This document shows, in pieces, positions 44,993 through 58,221 of a DNA stretch of 64,000 bases (positions within the stretch are counted from its first letter, which is position 1; each line of letters starts with the position of its first letter). The stretch spans positions 410,440,001 to 410,504,000 of the forward strand of contig OZ024740.1 of NCBI GenBank assembly GCA_964016885.1. The letters are read 5' to 3'. Source of the stretch: Eledone cirrhosa. Lineage: Eukaryota. Position numbers and translations under genes: made by a program. The notes beneath the pieces were generated by a model. It had not been told where the DNA came from, ran no database searches, and saw nothing but the letters and a program-made list of their open reading frames with translations.

Positions 44993-47900
44993 TATTAGTA
45001 AAAGGAAAAGAAAATGCTGACAAATTTTTCCCAGTGAAAAATAGTTTAATTAGGAATAAGTAAAAATTAGTAATAAGTATTGGTTAGTATTCAGTTTTAG
45101 TTTTAAGTTTTTACCGGTTGCGGATCTCTAATGCTTTTGAGATAGAGCGCCCGTGATGTTTGCTCTAATCTGATCAGTTTTGGAAATTCTACCTGTTTTA
45201 TGTGAAAAAAGTGGCTCCAGAGGTATTAAGATTTGGTTGTTGAATGTCACGTGAATGAGTACTATAAGTTTCGCGCCAATTCATGTTGCAAACATTCTTG
45301 TAGTCTGTGTGTGTGTTTGTGTGTTTGTGTGTGTGTGTGTCTGTTTGTATGTTAGTGTACGCGTGTGTATGTGTGTGTATATATATGTGTGTGTGTGTAT
45401 ATGTGTGTATGTGTGTGTGTGTGTGTATGTGTGTGTGTGTGTGTGGATGGACCAGTATTTTTGTGATACTGGTAAAAATGGTGTACATTATTCGATATTT
45501 TCAGTAATTTGCAAAAACGATTCTCTCAAAAGAACATCAAAAACACTAATAATAAAAGGGGTGAAATGATGTATAGTATTGTCATAACACAAGGTGTGTG
45601 TGAGTGTCCAGATTGTACGTACTGCAAGGGGAATCCATTAGGCCCTGCCGTATGGCAATACTTGTGTACAAATATGTATGTGCCCATCAGTGTGCAATGC
45701 ATGTGTGCGTATATGTATGTGTGTGTGTCGGCACGTTTATACCTATAGACATAAAAAAAGTATGCAAATTGGTGTATATTTGTGTTGCATCATAGAACAT
45801 GTGTGTTTACGTATGTCATTGTGTTTATATGTGGATAGAAATGTATGTAGGAGGTATGCTGATGTAGGTATGTATGTTGACGTGTGTATGTTGTGGGTTC
45901 GTCTTAGGGAGAAGTGTTTAGACGGGGTCCGTATTTGTTAATAAAGTGATTCCTTGCTGATGCGCTGGGTGTGGGTGGCATTATCTTTAAATTTGTAGAG
46001 GGGAAAGATTCTAAAGTTGGGATGATTTTGGGCGGCACAGGTATCAATGTGTTCACTCAGTGGTATTTTTCTGTATTCCCGTATTTTAATTTGGGATCTA
46101 TGGACAGTCATGCGTTGGCGGAGGCTGTTTTTGGTCTGGCCTATGTATTGTACTCGACAACCTGAACAAGTTAATACATATATTAGTGAAATTATGTTTT
46201 ACTATAAAACGTTGTCCTTCTTTGAAATAGAATTCCGAACCCTCTATTAGGTTGGTGCATATGCCACATTTGGGTCTATCGCATTTTTTTACTGTGGGTT
46301 TCGTTGTTGTGGTTGGCAGTACTTTGGCATGTGTTAGGATGTTTTTCATTGACTTAGATTGTCTTTTGCTCTTTATGATATCGTGTGTTCTAAGGATTTG
46401 GTTCATTCTATGATCCTTTTTTAACACAGGGATGTTCTGGAGGATGGTGTCAAAGGCCTCATTGTTGAGGGGGTTGTGTGTGGGGATGTATGGAAGAGCT
46501 TTTAGTTTCGGTTAATTTACTTTAGGGTGTCTAAGGTCCTGGGTTCTGAGTTTTAGGGCACGTTGGATTCCATTGTCAATTAGTGATGCAGTGTAGTCCC
46601 TGCCTATGAGTGTATCCTTTAGTTCTTGTAGCCGTAAGTAACAGATGTTTTTATTGGAGACTATAGTACAGATTCTCTTGGCTAAGTTGTAGGGAATATT
46701 AATTTTAACGTGTCTAGGTTGGCAAGAGTTGAAAGGAAGATATTGCTTGGAGTTTGTGGGCTTGTAGTATATGTCTGTTTCTATTTTTTTTTATGAATCT
46801 TAATGAGGATGTCGAGGAAGGGGAGTTGTTGATGGCTGTATTCCATCGTAAAGTTAATATTCGTGTTGAGCCCATTTATAAGGGTGTGAAATTCTTTAAG
46901 TTTCTCGATGTTTTCGTGCCAAAGGATGAAGCAGTCATCTAGATATCACTTCCAGTTCTTTTCTATGTGTAAGTGGAGAGTGTTTTCAAATTTGTTTAGT
47001 ACTTTAGTGTAGAGGGTGATTTCCAGGTATCCCATGACTAGGTTGGCATAAGTGTGGGCTGTTTTCCTTCCCATAGCGGTCCCAGATTTCTGCCTGTAGA
47101 ATTTGTTATTGAAAACGAAGTAATTGTTCTCCAAGATAAATTTGAGTCCCTCTATCACGAATTCTTTTTTGATGCGTTGTGGGAGTTCATTGTGGTAATT
47201 ATCCAGCCAGAATTGGATAGCTTCTATTCCTAGGTTGTGGGGGATGTTGGAGTATAGGTTGACTACATCGAACGTCACTAGTACGGTTTGTTCAGACAGG
47301 GGCATATTAGGGAGGTGATTGAGCATATCTAGGTCGTCGCTTATATAGCTTTTAATGTGTTTGAGAAAAGGCTTGAGAAGGGTATCAATGAAGTTGCTAA
47401 GGCGGTGGGTTTCGCAAGCGGGGCCTGCTATTATAGGTCTTAATTTGAGATCATTGGGTGAGGGGACATTGATGACTATGTCTGTGGCTTCCTTGCATGC
47501 CTTACTTATTAATTCGCTTTTATGTACTTTAAGGATACCGTAGAAAAGGCTGGATTTACTTGTGAAGTCTGTGATGAAGCTGAATTCCTTGTTAGTGAGT
47601 CCTTCTTTGTATTGGTTGATCAGAGTTTTTAGGTTTCTCATAATTTTCTGTTGATTGTAGTGTTCAGCCTTTTCGTAGTATGTTTCGTTTTCCAAAGTGG
47701 AGAGAGCTAAGTTGATATAGAATTCTGTCTCCATTAGGACTACTGTACTCCCTTTATCAGCCTCTTTAATTGTAATAGTTCTGTCGGTTTTTAATCTATT
47801 TAATTCTTCCCATTCTTTCTTGTTGAGGTTTGGCTTGTGTTTTTGTCTGTGCAAGTGTTGGTAAGGGAAGTTTGTGATGTGTTCACAGAATTCGTCCAGG

Positions 47901-48845
47901 ATTTTATTTCTACCTTTTGATGGGGTGTAGTTGCTTCTATTTCTGGCTAATGATTCATCCTCATTGTACTGGTCGAATAGTTCTTCACTGAGTCGTAACT
48001 TTCTACAGAAGTCTGTGATGTCTTCCTTCATTTCATAGTAGTTAAGACGTAGTGGGGTCGGTGTGAATTTAAGACCTTTGGAGAGTAAGTTGATAAGGTT
48101 GGGTATTGGTTCTGCACTAGTTAGATTGATCATTTTTATTACTCTAGGTTTCTCCTCCCTGTCTTGTGTTATGTTGTTGGCCTGTATCCGTGTGCTGTGT
48201 CTAAAAATGGTTGGGGTAGAGGGGTTGTCTGCTGATGTTAAGTGGTTCTCCTGTGTTTGTTATATTCCTTGTTGTTGTAAAATGTGGTTCGGGTTGGTGG
48301 TTGTGGATTGAATGGGGTGTTCCTGTATTGCGAGTATGGATGTGTGTTTCTATGTGCCATGTTCGATTGTGGTGTTATAGGTGGCCTACGTTGTTGGTTG
48401 TATCGTGTGGTGTGGGTTTGTTGTGTATTGTGTAAGCGAGAGTTGAGAAAATGGAAATTACCTAAACGTGCCGACACACACACATACATATACGCACACA
48501 TGCATTGCACACTGATCGGCACATACATATTTGTACAGAAATATTCCCATACGGCAGGGCCTAATGGATTCCAATACTTGCAGTACGTACAATCTGGACA
48601 CTCACACACACCTTGGTGTTATGACAATACAATACATCATTTCACCCCTTTTATTATTAATGTTTTTGATGTTCTTTTGAGAGAATCGTTTTTGCAAATT
48701 ACTGAAAATATCGAATAATGTACACCATTTTTACCAGTATCACAAAAATACTGGTCCATCCACACACACACACACACATACACACATACACACACACACC
48801 CATATACACACACATATACACACGCGTACACTAACATACAAACAG

Positions 48846-48929
<84 letters not shown>

Positions 48930-49488
48930 TTGTCTTAACGGACACCTGAACTGTTGACCTTTCAACATGACTGAAATTCACACACACATCCCTACTGACC
49001 ATTATCACAACAATAAAACTCTTTACTACACACACACACACATATTTGTCTTAAAAGACTTATTTTTCAGTGACTTCTCAATCGGGCGAAAAAGGACACT
49101 CTTCGACAAACCTACATTTGGCGCAAAATCAATGTTTAACATTCACGTGACCTCTACCAAACAATCAAAATTGTTTTGAGTACAAGAATTTTTGCAACAC
49201 GAATTGGCGCGAAACTTATAGTACTCATTCACGTGACATTCAACAACCAAATCTTAATACCTCTGGAGCCACTTTTTTCACATAAAACAGGTAGAAGATC
49301 CAAAACTGATCAGATTAGAGTAAACATCACGGGCGCTCTATCTCAAAAGCATTAGAAATCCGCAACCGGTAAAAACTTAAAACTAAAACTGAATACTAAC
49401 CAATACTTATTACTAATTTTTACTTATTCCTAATTAAACTATTTTTCACAGGGGAAAATTTGTCAGCATTTTCTTTTCCTTTTACTAA
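44993..49488 (-). mobile_element. Near full-length Penelope-like element (Neptune-type) with long inverted terminal repeats
   Basis: RT plus GIY-YIG on minus. 44993-45740 is the reverse complement of 48462-49488, and the right arm has ~280 bp extra. TA/CA tracts flank both sides. Confidence 0.92.
45910..48133 (-). pseudogene. PLE reverse transcriptase + GIY-YIG endonuclease, disrupted
   Basis: LSKGLKF, IKEADKG, LKVHK, LRPII, FDVVNLY, GTAMG, WK*YLDD (TGA at 46946-46948), DIYYKPT, CDRPKCGIC linker and QYIGQT; frameshifts downstream of the RT core. Confidence 0.92.
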
Positions 49489-49535
49489 TATATATATACT
49501 CACACACATGCACAAATACATACATATACACACAT

Positions 49536-49606
<71 letters not shown>

Positions 49607-49646
49607 TACATATATACATACATACACGTATGCACACATACACATA

Positions 49647-49712
<66 letters not shown>

Positions 49713-49749
49713 TATATACATATATATACATATATATATATATATATAT

Positions 49750-50545
49750 GATAAAGAACAGAAGAGCGTCTACAACATCAAACATTTTTTATTGGCTTAC
49801 AATGTTTCTTCCTTACGTAAGCGTAGGATTCATCAGAGCTATAAAAGGGGTTTGATTGGTGTTATGGACTCTACCAACCAAACATTCAAGAACAAAGAGT
49901 AAAGAGAGTAGAGAGCAAAAGCAGGGGACAATAAGTCTAATTTAGGTGCGGGATTGTGGGGTGTGGGTCCTTGTTTACTAGCTGTGGTCATATTCATTCC
50001 CGCGAGTCGAGTGGTTAGTGGAGCCAGAGATGGGGTGGCATTGATAGTAGGGTGCAGAGGGTGTGCAGAGGCTACACACACACAAAGGGCATATAACATA
50101 TATATAACGGAGGAGAAAGTACATGAGGTAATTAGAAATGGAATAATAATAATAATAATCTATAGTTAATAATGTATAATAAGGCATAGGGAAGATTTCA
50201 TTATAATAAGATATAAAAGTAAGAATAAAATAAAATATAAGAAGGATAAAAATGAAAATAAAAATAAAAAAATATATAAAAAATATATAGAGAATATATA
50301 AAAATTATAAGCAAGTATTAGAAAGGGAAAAACACAATGTAAAAAAACAGATTTTGTTAAATAAAAATATTATAAATATGGGGGGAGATAACGGGAGAGA
50401 GAAATATAATCATAATGTGATTAGTTGAGAGAATATAAGATGATAATAAGTGTGTCAAGTTTATACATCTTAATAATAAATAATATGTATACTGGAGTTA
50501 CACATCTTTCAATGCCCTTGCAAGTCCAGCGCATAGGGCATAGTC
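49750..50545 (-). mobile_element. PLE 3' UTR/pseudo-LTR fragment
   Basis: Terminal hammerhead, flanked by TA/CA tracts; no clear coding remnant. Confidence 0.55.
49795..49839 (-). ncRNA. Hammerhead ribozyme (type I, short helix III)
   Basis: Minus: GCT-CTGATGA-A-TCCTACG CTTA CGTAAGGA-A-GAAA-CATTG-TA-AGC. Confidence 0.7.
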
Positions 50546-50586
50546 CATCGCTCATCTGTGCGGTCGTGTGTGTTTTTTTTTGTGTG

Positions 50587-50875
50587 TATATATATATATA
50601 TATACACATACATATATATACACATACACAGACATACACACATACATACATATACACATGCATACATATATATATATACACATATATATATATATATACA
50701 TACATACACACATACATATATATATATACACATATACACACACATGTACACATACACATACATATAAATACATACACATACACACATACACACACAGACA
50801 TACATATATATATATATATATATACACACACTTACACATACATACACACACATATATATATACATATATATACAT

Positions 50876-50916
<41 letters not shown>

Positions 50917-50977
50917 TACACAAACATACACATACATACATATATACATAAAAATACACATATACATACATATATAT

Positions 50978-51044
<67 letters not shown>

Positions 51045-51739
51045 TAAATATATATATATATATAAATATATAAATACATACACAGATATATACATATATA
51101 CATACATACACATACATACACATACACATATACATACATATACACACATATATATATATATATGTATATGTATGTATATGTATGTATGTATATATTTTCA
51201 TGTATTTTAACCTGTATTTTTGATTTTTGATTGTACCTTTTAATATGAATGTAATCTCTAAGTGTGTACTGCCACTCTAAATGCTGTAATGAATGTTGAC
51301 CCACAATATTTGCATATGTATCTGTATGTCTCTTGGGTGAAAAGGAGGTCATATAACTGTCCATTCATTAATAAATTGCTCCGAAAATCCAAACCTCGGT
51401 TTGGAGGAAACAGTTGTAAGCACAAAAATGTTTTGAACAGTTCTTTGATTCTTATATTTCATATTTCATATTTCATATGTATATATATATATATATATGT
51501 GTGTGTATATGTATGTATATGTGTATGTGTTTGTATGTGTATATATATATATGTATGTGTATATGTATTTTTATGTATATATGTATGCATGTGTATGTTT
51601 CTGTATATATGTGTGTATATATATATATGTATATGTGTGTATATGTGTGTATGTGTGTGTGTATATATTTATATATATATACATATATATATATGTATAT
51701 ATATGTATATATGTGTGTGTATGTATTTGTAAGTGTGTG

Positions 51740-51778
<39 letters not shown>

Positions 51779-51905
51779 GTGTGTATATGTATGTATTTAT
51801 ATGTATATGTATGTATTTATATGTATATGTGTGTGTATATGTGTATATATATGTATGTGTGTTTGTATATATATATATATATGTGTGTGTGTGTATGTGT
51901 ATATA

Positions 51906-51964
<59 letters not shown>

Positions 51965-51970
51965 ATATGT
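50587..51970. repeat. Compound CA/TA microsatellite and its inverted copy around a ~280-bp unique spacer
   Basis: Rare interruptions CATAAAAATAC (50947) and CACACTTAC (~50827) recur reverse-complemented at ~51565 and ~51729. Confidence 0.75.
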
Positions 51971-51972
51971 AT

Positions 51973-53573
51973 CCCACCTCATCGTCCGTACCCCCCGCAC
52001 CCCCACCATCTACTTCCTCCCCAAACTCCACAAACCCGACAACCCCGGCCGCCCCATCGTCTCCGCTTGCAACTGCCCCACCGAACTCATCTCCGCCTTT
52101 CTCGACTCCATCCTCGCCCCCCTTGTCACCACCCTCCTCTCCTACATCTCCGACACCAACCACACCCTGCGCCTTTTCGACTCCTTCACCTACCCACCCG
52201 GCCCACAGCCCTTCCTCTTCACCCTAGACATCAAGTCCCTCTATACCGTCATCCCCCACGCCGACGGCCTACGCGCCCTCAAACACTACCTCGACCTTCG
52301 CCCCTCCCCCATTCCCTCCACCCCACCTTCCTTCGCCTCGCCGAGCTGGTCCTCACCCTCAATTGTTTCTCCTACTCGGGTGAGTTTTACCAATAGGTCA
52401 CGGGGGTAGCCATGGTAGTACAAGAATGGGCCCGAACTATGCCAACCTTTTTGTTGGCCATGTTGAGGCTCACATCTTTGCCCAGTACACCGGCCCCACG
52501 CCGGAACTGTACGGTCGTTACATTGACGACTGTATCAGAGCCACGACCCTCACCCGAGAACAGCTCGACTCCTTTCTCTCCTCCTTCTGCTCCTTCCACC
52601 CCTCCCTCCACTTCACCACCTCTATCTCCACCACCCACGTCCACTTCTTAGACATCTCCGTCGCCTTCGACTCCTCCCACCACTCCCTCGTCACCTCCGC
52701 CTTCTTCAAACCCACCGACTCCCACTCTTACGTCGACTTCACCTCCTCCCACCCACCCACCCACACTAAACACTCCATTCCCTACTCCCAACTACTCAGG
52801 ATCCGCCGCCTCTGTAGTCAGCCATTTCATCCGCAGAGGCTATCCCCTCCCCCCCCCCCCCCTCTCGTCCACACCGCTCTCACCCGCGCCCGTGCTGTCC
52901 ACCGCTCCACCACCCTCACCCACGCCACGACACACCCACCCACCGTCTCCCCTTCCACATCACCTACCACCCCTCCACCTTACCCCTCCACCACACCATC
53001 CGCCGCCTCTTCCGACGCCTCCAGTCCGACCCCTCCACCTCCCACATCTTCCCAACCCCACCACTCCCCTCCTTCAAACGCACACGAATCTCCGCACCAT
53101 CCTCGTCCACAGCTCCCTACCCCCCAACTCCCTACCCCCCAACCCACGCTCTCCCCCCCCGGTTCCTTTCCCTGTTCTAGGCCCCGCTGCAACACCTGTC
53201 CCCACATCACCAACACTACCACCTTCCAGGGTCCCAACGGCCTCTCTCTGTCCGGCATGCCTTCCGCTGCACCTCCTCCAACCTAGTCTACGGACTTCGC
53301 TGCACGGAGTGCAGCGCGACTTACGTCGGACAGACGGAACGTCGCCTGGCAGACCGATTCCCTGAGCACCTCCTGGATATTAGTCTCGGTGGTAGTTCCC
53401 CTATCGCTCGCCACTTTGGTGCCCCTGGACATTCCGCACGCCATCTCACAGTCTGTGGCCTACTCCAATGCCACGGAACACCCGCCAATCTCCTCAGAGT
53501 CGAACAAAGAACCATCTTCATCTTACAGACCCACACTCCCCCCGGCCTGAACTCCCCACCCTTATTCCTTTAG
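51973..53573 (+). pseudogene. PLE RT + GIY-YIG, frameshifted
   Basis: [111 protein letters not shown]; TAG at 52394-52396. Confidence 0.92.
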
Positions 53574-54965
53574 CCTGCGACCGCCTCCTCCCCCACACAT
53601 ATCTCCCACTAACACCACTAACACCCCCCTCCTTTTCACCGCCCACCCCACAACTAACAATACTAACCTCCACTCCACCACACATCCGACCACCCTTCCC
53701 CAACTAACATACTAACATCCCTCCCTTCTTCTCCTACCCCCTCCTTATCACACGCACACACCCACCGGCACATATATACACACTAAACACACACCTTACT
53801 ACCACCACTAACCCTCACCCCCACACCTCCATCCCACCACCCCGCAACTAACATCACTAACACCCCCTGACTCCAAGCACACGAACACACGCACCCACTT
53901 ACACCACCCACCCCACACGAAACTAACATCACTAACACTCCCCAACCCCACGCACACGTTTTCACACACCCTCGTACACCACCAACTCTACACACCCTAC
54001 CACCACTAACCCCCACTCACACTGCATTCAACCTTTTCCCCACCTCCCGTATACTAACACCCACTAACACCCCCTTCATCAAACTACACACACACCAGTA
54101 CACCACACTCCCTCCATCGACCCCCACATCCTTCTCTCCCCGCTCCACCCACACCCTTTCTCCACACTCACTCACCCCACTAACACCTCTACTAATACAC
54201 ACACACACCCTCCACACTCCAACTTTCACACCTACCCATCCTCGCCCCTTTACCATTCCACCCGACAGCTGCTATGCCCTCTGACCACCTCCCAGCACAA
54301 ACAGACACACAGCACTCCCACCGCCTTGACCACTTCCTGTTGCGCGCGCACCCCACATCTCTCCTCTTTCGACCATCTCTTCATGGAATACTCGTATGTG
54401 GAACTTGACCACCTTGGAATCTACTAACATCATAGGAGTTTACCAACATTTCAACCACATCCTCTTACGAAATCACCTATATAACTCACCCACACACACA
54501 CCCCAAAAACATTTTTTTCTCATACATGCCACCTACACCCACAACACGCTTAAACCCCACACACACGTGCTTTCCACCACATATTTACACCTTCAGCTCC
54601 GGATTCCTCTCCCCCACCCCTCTATCCACACACGCACAAACACTCCGACCTACACCCCACACACGCACACCTACACACACACACCACCTTCAGCCCTCCC
54701 CGCTCGGACACCCCGTCTCCCTCTCCCCACTCCCCCTCTACACACCTCACACCCTTCCACCACCTGTTTTACCCCTTTTTAATTTCAGTTTATTTTCATC
54801 ATGGTTTTATATTTATTTTTATTTCATTTCATTTTATTTTGATCATGCTTTATTTTTATTTTTATTTTTAATTTCATTCGCACCGTTTCCGCCCACCCCC
54901 TTTTCGCTATATGTGTCTCCACCACTCCGCTACACACCCTTTGAACTCTCTTCCCACACACTTCT

Positions 54966-54999
54966 CACCTGAGGAAGGGCTTATGCCCGAAACGTCGTT
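54966..54999 (+). ncRNA. Minimal hammerhead ribozyme
   Basis: AC-CTGAGGA-A-GGGC TTAT GCCC-GAAA-C-GTC-GT. Confidence 0.75.
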
Positions 55000-55084
55000 C
55001 CCCACCACCAACCCACTCTCCAGAGCGTGAAATTAATAAACATTCGTTGTACTGCCTCTCTGTTTTGTTCCTGTTCAAATTTCC

Positions 55085-55147
<63 letters not shown>

Positions 55148-55430
55148 ATAATAATAAATTTCAAGACTAAAATCCAAAGAGGGCTCGATAAGGATAAATA
55201 TATATCAAATATATAAGAACCGTAGTGCAAATATTTATTAAAATAACAGATTAAAGTTTAAGCAAAGAATCGCTGCTTACACCCTTAACGGGATCTTCTG
55301 AAACTAACAAAGTCAATCTGTAAACGCAGAAGTGGATATTTCAAAAAATGTTGCAACCGGAGGAAGACAGGAAGACGATACTTTGGTTCGTGGAAACGTT
55401 CCCTGGCAATGAACGGAAAAAAACGAATAT

Positions 55431-55560
55431 AATTGTTTCTACTTTTGGCACAAGGCCAGCAATTGTCCAGTGTATTACTGGTACTTTATTTTATTGACCC
55501 CGTAAGGATGAAAGGCAAAGTTAACCTCGGCGTGATTTGAATTCAGAATGGCAAGGGCCA
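55431..55560 (-). mobile_element. SINE family A inserted in the PLE UTR, 11-bp TSD
   Basis: ACGAATATAAT at 55423-55433 and 55560-55570. Confidence 0.9.
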
Positions 55561-56360
55561 CGAATATAATACGTCATTATATGGATTGGTGAAAAACAAT
55601 TACGCGCAAAGACAGAACCACGTTTATGGTATAAAAGAGGTCGTAGACTAATGTTCTCTTAGGTGGTTCATAGAAACGTTCTCTGGCAATGAACGAAAAA
55701 ACGAAGATAATATGTCATATGTGGAGCGTGGAGAACAATTGCACGCAAATAGTGTAGCAGCAGTCGTAGACTAAAATTCTAACTAGGAGATCGAATGAAT
55801 CTCCGCTTCAGAGTTAAGAACAGAGTAAATAAATACAATACAGAGGTAATAGAAATTAAATATATACATACACGCAAACAAATACATACATACACAAGCA
55901 TACGCGAAAACACTTACCATATGTATACAAAACCACGCACATATAAATATGTGTGTGTGTGTATGCGTGTATACAAATAAATAAATAATTAAATAAACGT
56001 ATATAAATAAATACGTATATAACAAGCGCACACATATACCTATATGTAAATACACAAATATTCGGAGACGTAAGTCAACCAAATGATGAAGTACACATAT
56101 ACACACACCCTACATACGTACGAACCTGCATACTCACACAGACGCAAAACACCCGTATACACATAACCAAACCATATCTAGCAGAAAATATAAAATTATA
56201 CGCCATAACATATACAATCAAATATACGTACGAGAAGGTAATCGTACCTTCACAAAACATAAAGGTAATATATACATACCTATGCAAATAAGTAATGGTA
56301 TAAACAAAACATATACTTAGCTACCACATCAAGACGTAAAATATACACGTATAGATCGTA

Positions 56361-56894
56361 CTACCCGTTAGGGTATAACATGGGGCTGTAATACAGGAAA
56401 GTTTTGTGCAATTTATGTTTATAAGCCGAAATTGCCTCAGATTTTTTGTTTAACATGTGGTCTGTGGCGTAGAGTATTTCCAGGGCCTCAGCGGCGCAGA
56501 GGTCACATGGTCTTTTATTTCCGTTATACGGTCTAGCCCTAGATAGTATCTCCCAGTGTAACTTATATTGGGTGTGGTTGTCTTTTAGACTCCAGATATA
56601 AGCTGAAAGTGACGTCATATTCCTTCTTAGAGGGTAACGAAAAGAATGGGTATGTATGTAAAGACGCTGCTTGAATCTATTGGCGGCTAACCCTATGTAG
56701 GCCCTACGGGACGTGGGTGTTTCAACCTTACATCTGTAGACAATGTTACTAGAGAGGCATTTCCCGGATAGGGGGCAATCAACCCGATTCCTACAATTAC
56801 AGTTAGTACTAACTACAGGGTTGCACGTGTTCCTACGGCTAGGTAGTTTAGCTAAATTTGAAGCTGTGATGTTATGTGCAAGGTTAGGAGTCAT
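56361..56894 (-). pseudogene. GIY-YIG endonuclease domain of a PLE (C-terminal fragment)
   Basis: IVY...YIG motif, Cys-rich linker and CDLC; no RT upstream. Confidence 0.85.
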
Positions 56895-56962
56895 AGAGTA
56901 GGAAATTTTAATAGTAAGGGTGAAAGCAGCGATTCTTTGCTTAAACTTTAATCTGTTATTTT

Positions 56963-56968
<6 letters not shown>

Positions 56969-57028
<60 letters not shown>

Positions 57029-57033
57029 GTGTA

Positions 57034-57104
<71 letters not shown>

Positions 57105-57161
57105 CTGTATGTGTATATGTATGTATGTATGTGTCTATGTCTGTGTATGTGTGTATATATG

Positions 57162-57206
<45 letters not shown>

Positions 57207-57375
57207 GTATATATATATATATATATATGTGTGTATATATATATATATGTGTGTGTATGTGTGCACACGTGTATGTATGTATATATGTATATATGTGCGT
57301 ATATATATATATATGTGTATGTGTGTATGTGTGTGTGTGTATATTTATATATATATATATGTATATATGTGTATA

Positions 57376-57461
<86 letters not shown>

Positions 57462-57512
57462 TATGTATGTATGGGTGTATGTGTATATATATATGATATA
57501 TATATGTATATG

Positions 57513-57559
<47 letters not shown>

Positions 57560-57610
57560 GTGTGTATATATGTATGTGTGGGTGGGTGCGTATGTGTGTG
57601 TGAGTGTGTG
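56969..57610. repeat. Compound (TA)n/(TG)n microsatellite
   Basis: Direct reading. Confidence 0.95.
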
Positions 57611-58101
57611 TGTTTGTGACATTTGGGATATAGCCTAAGAGAAACTTGAAGGTCGGCACTCAATATTTTGAACTGGTCTATAGAATTCTCTAGGCATTTG
57701 TCACTCTAAGTAGAACCTTAAAAATTAGCTTTTAAAGAATTTCCCATTTCTTTAAATCATCAACCATGACTGACCCCCAACGATCTTATAGACACCTGAA
57801 ATATAGGCATTGTTAGCTTAAGAGAAACTTAAAAATAAGGAGTGGCACCCCATTCTGAACTTGTTAATAGAATTCTTTCTGCCTTTGTTACTCTAAATAT
57901 ATATTATAGCTTTAAAGAATTAGTTTTTAATGAATTCCCTTTTCTATCAACCAATGGCCTCTACCCATCCCACACCCTACCCTCTCCTACCAACTGAAGA
58001 GGGCTATAAATACCATATTTATTTTTTGATACCCAGATTCCTGATGATTTCTAAAGAATGAAACAGTTCTAGTCCTGTAGAATCTTAACTATATTAAAAC
58101 T
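57600..58101 (+). mobile_element. PLE 3'/pseudo-LTR fragment (same family as 44025-44600)
   Basis: TATAAA at ~58006; hammerhead-like GATT-C-CTGATGA-TTTCTAAAGAAT-GAAA-CAGTTC-T-AGTC at 58036-58074. Confidence 0.72.
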
Positions 58102-58221
58102 ATTTATATATATATATATAATTATATATATATATACATATTTATATATATATATATATTTCGTTTCTGAATTTGTTCTGAATTTGTTCTATAGAACAGT
58201 CAGGAACTAGAGAAAAACACA

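Larger units (their letters stand above)
51973..55088 (+). mobile_element. 5'-truncated Penelope-like element (Neptune-type), extremely C-rich
   Basis: RT and GIY-YIG remnants, long 3' UTR with terminal hammerhead, (TA)n at both ends. Confidence 0.92.
55235..56968 (-). mobile_element. 5'-truncated PLE (Naiad-like GIY-YIG) with a short inverted pseudo-LTR at its 5' end
   Basis: ORF 56361-56894 has CNCR..CPL.GKC..NIVY..YIG..FKQR..H..SF..CDLC. 56915-56968 is the reverse complement of 55235-55288. A decayed hammerhead lies at ~55268-55305. Confidence 0.85.

Noticed and set aside
46946-46948. UGA in the PLE RT as a recoding or selenocysteine site
   Set aside because: It falls at the Arg of W.RY.DD, not at a Cys; a simple nonsense change (e.g. 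CGA>TGA) in a copy that also has frameshifts
49296-49362. Hammerhead-like fold in the long inverted pseudo-LTR
   Set aside because: Both arms read CTGATCA and CAAAA rather than CTGANGA and GAAA, so the catalytic core is not met
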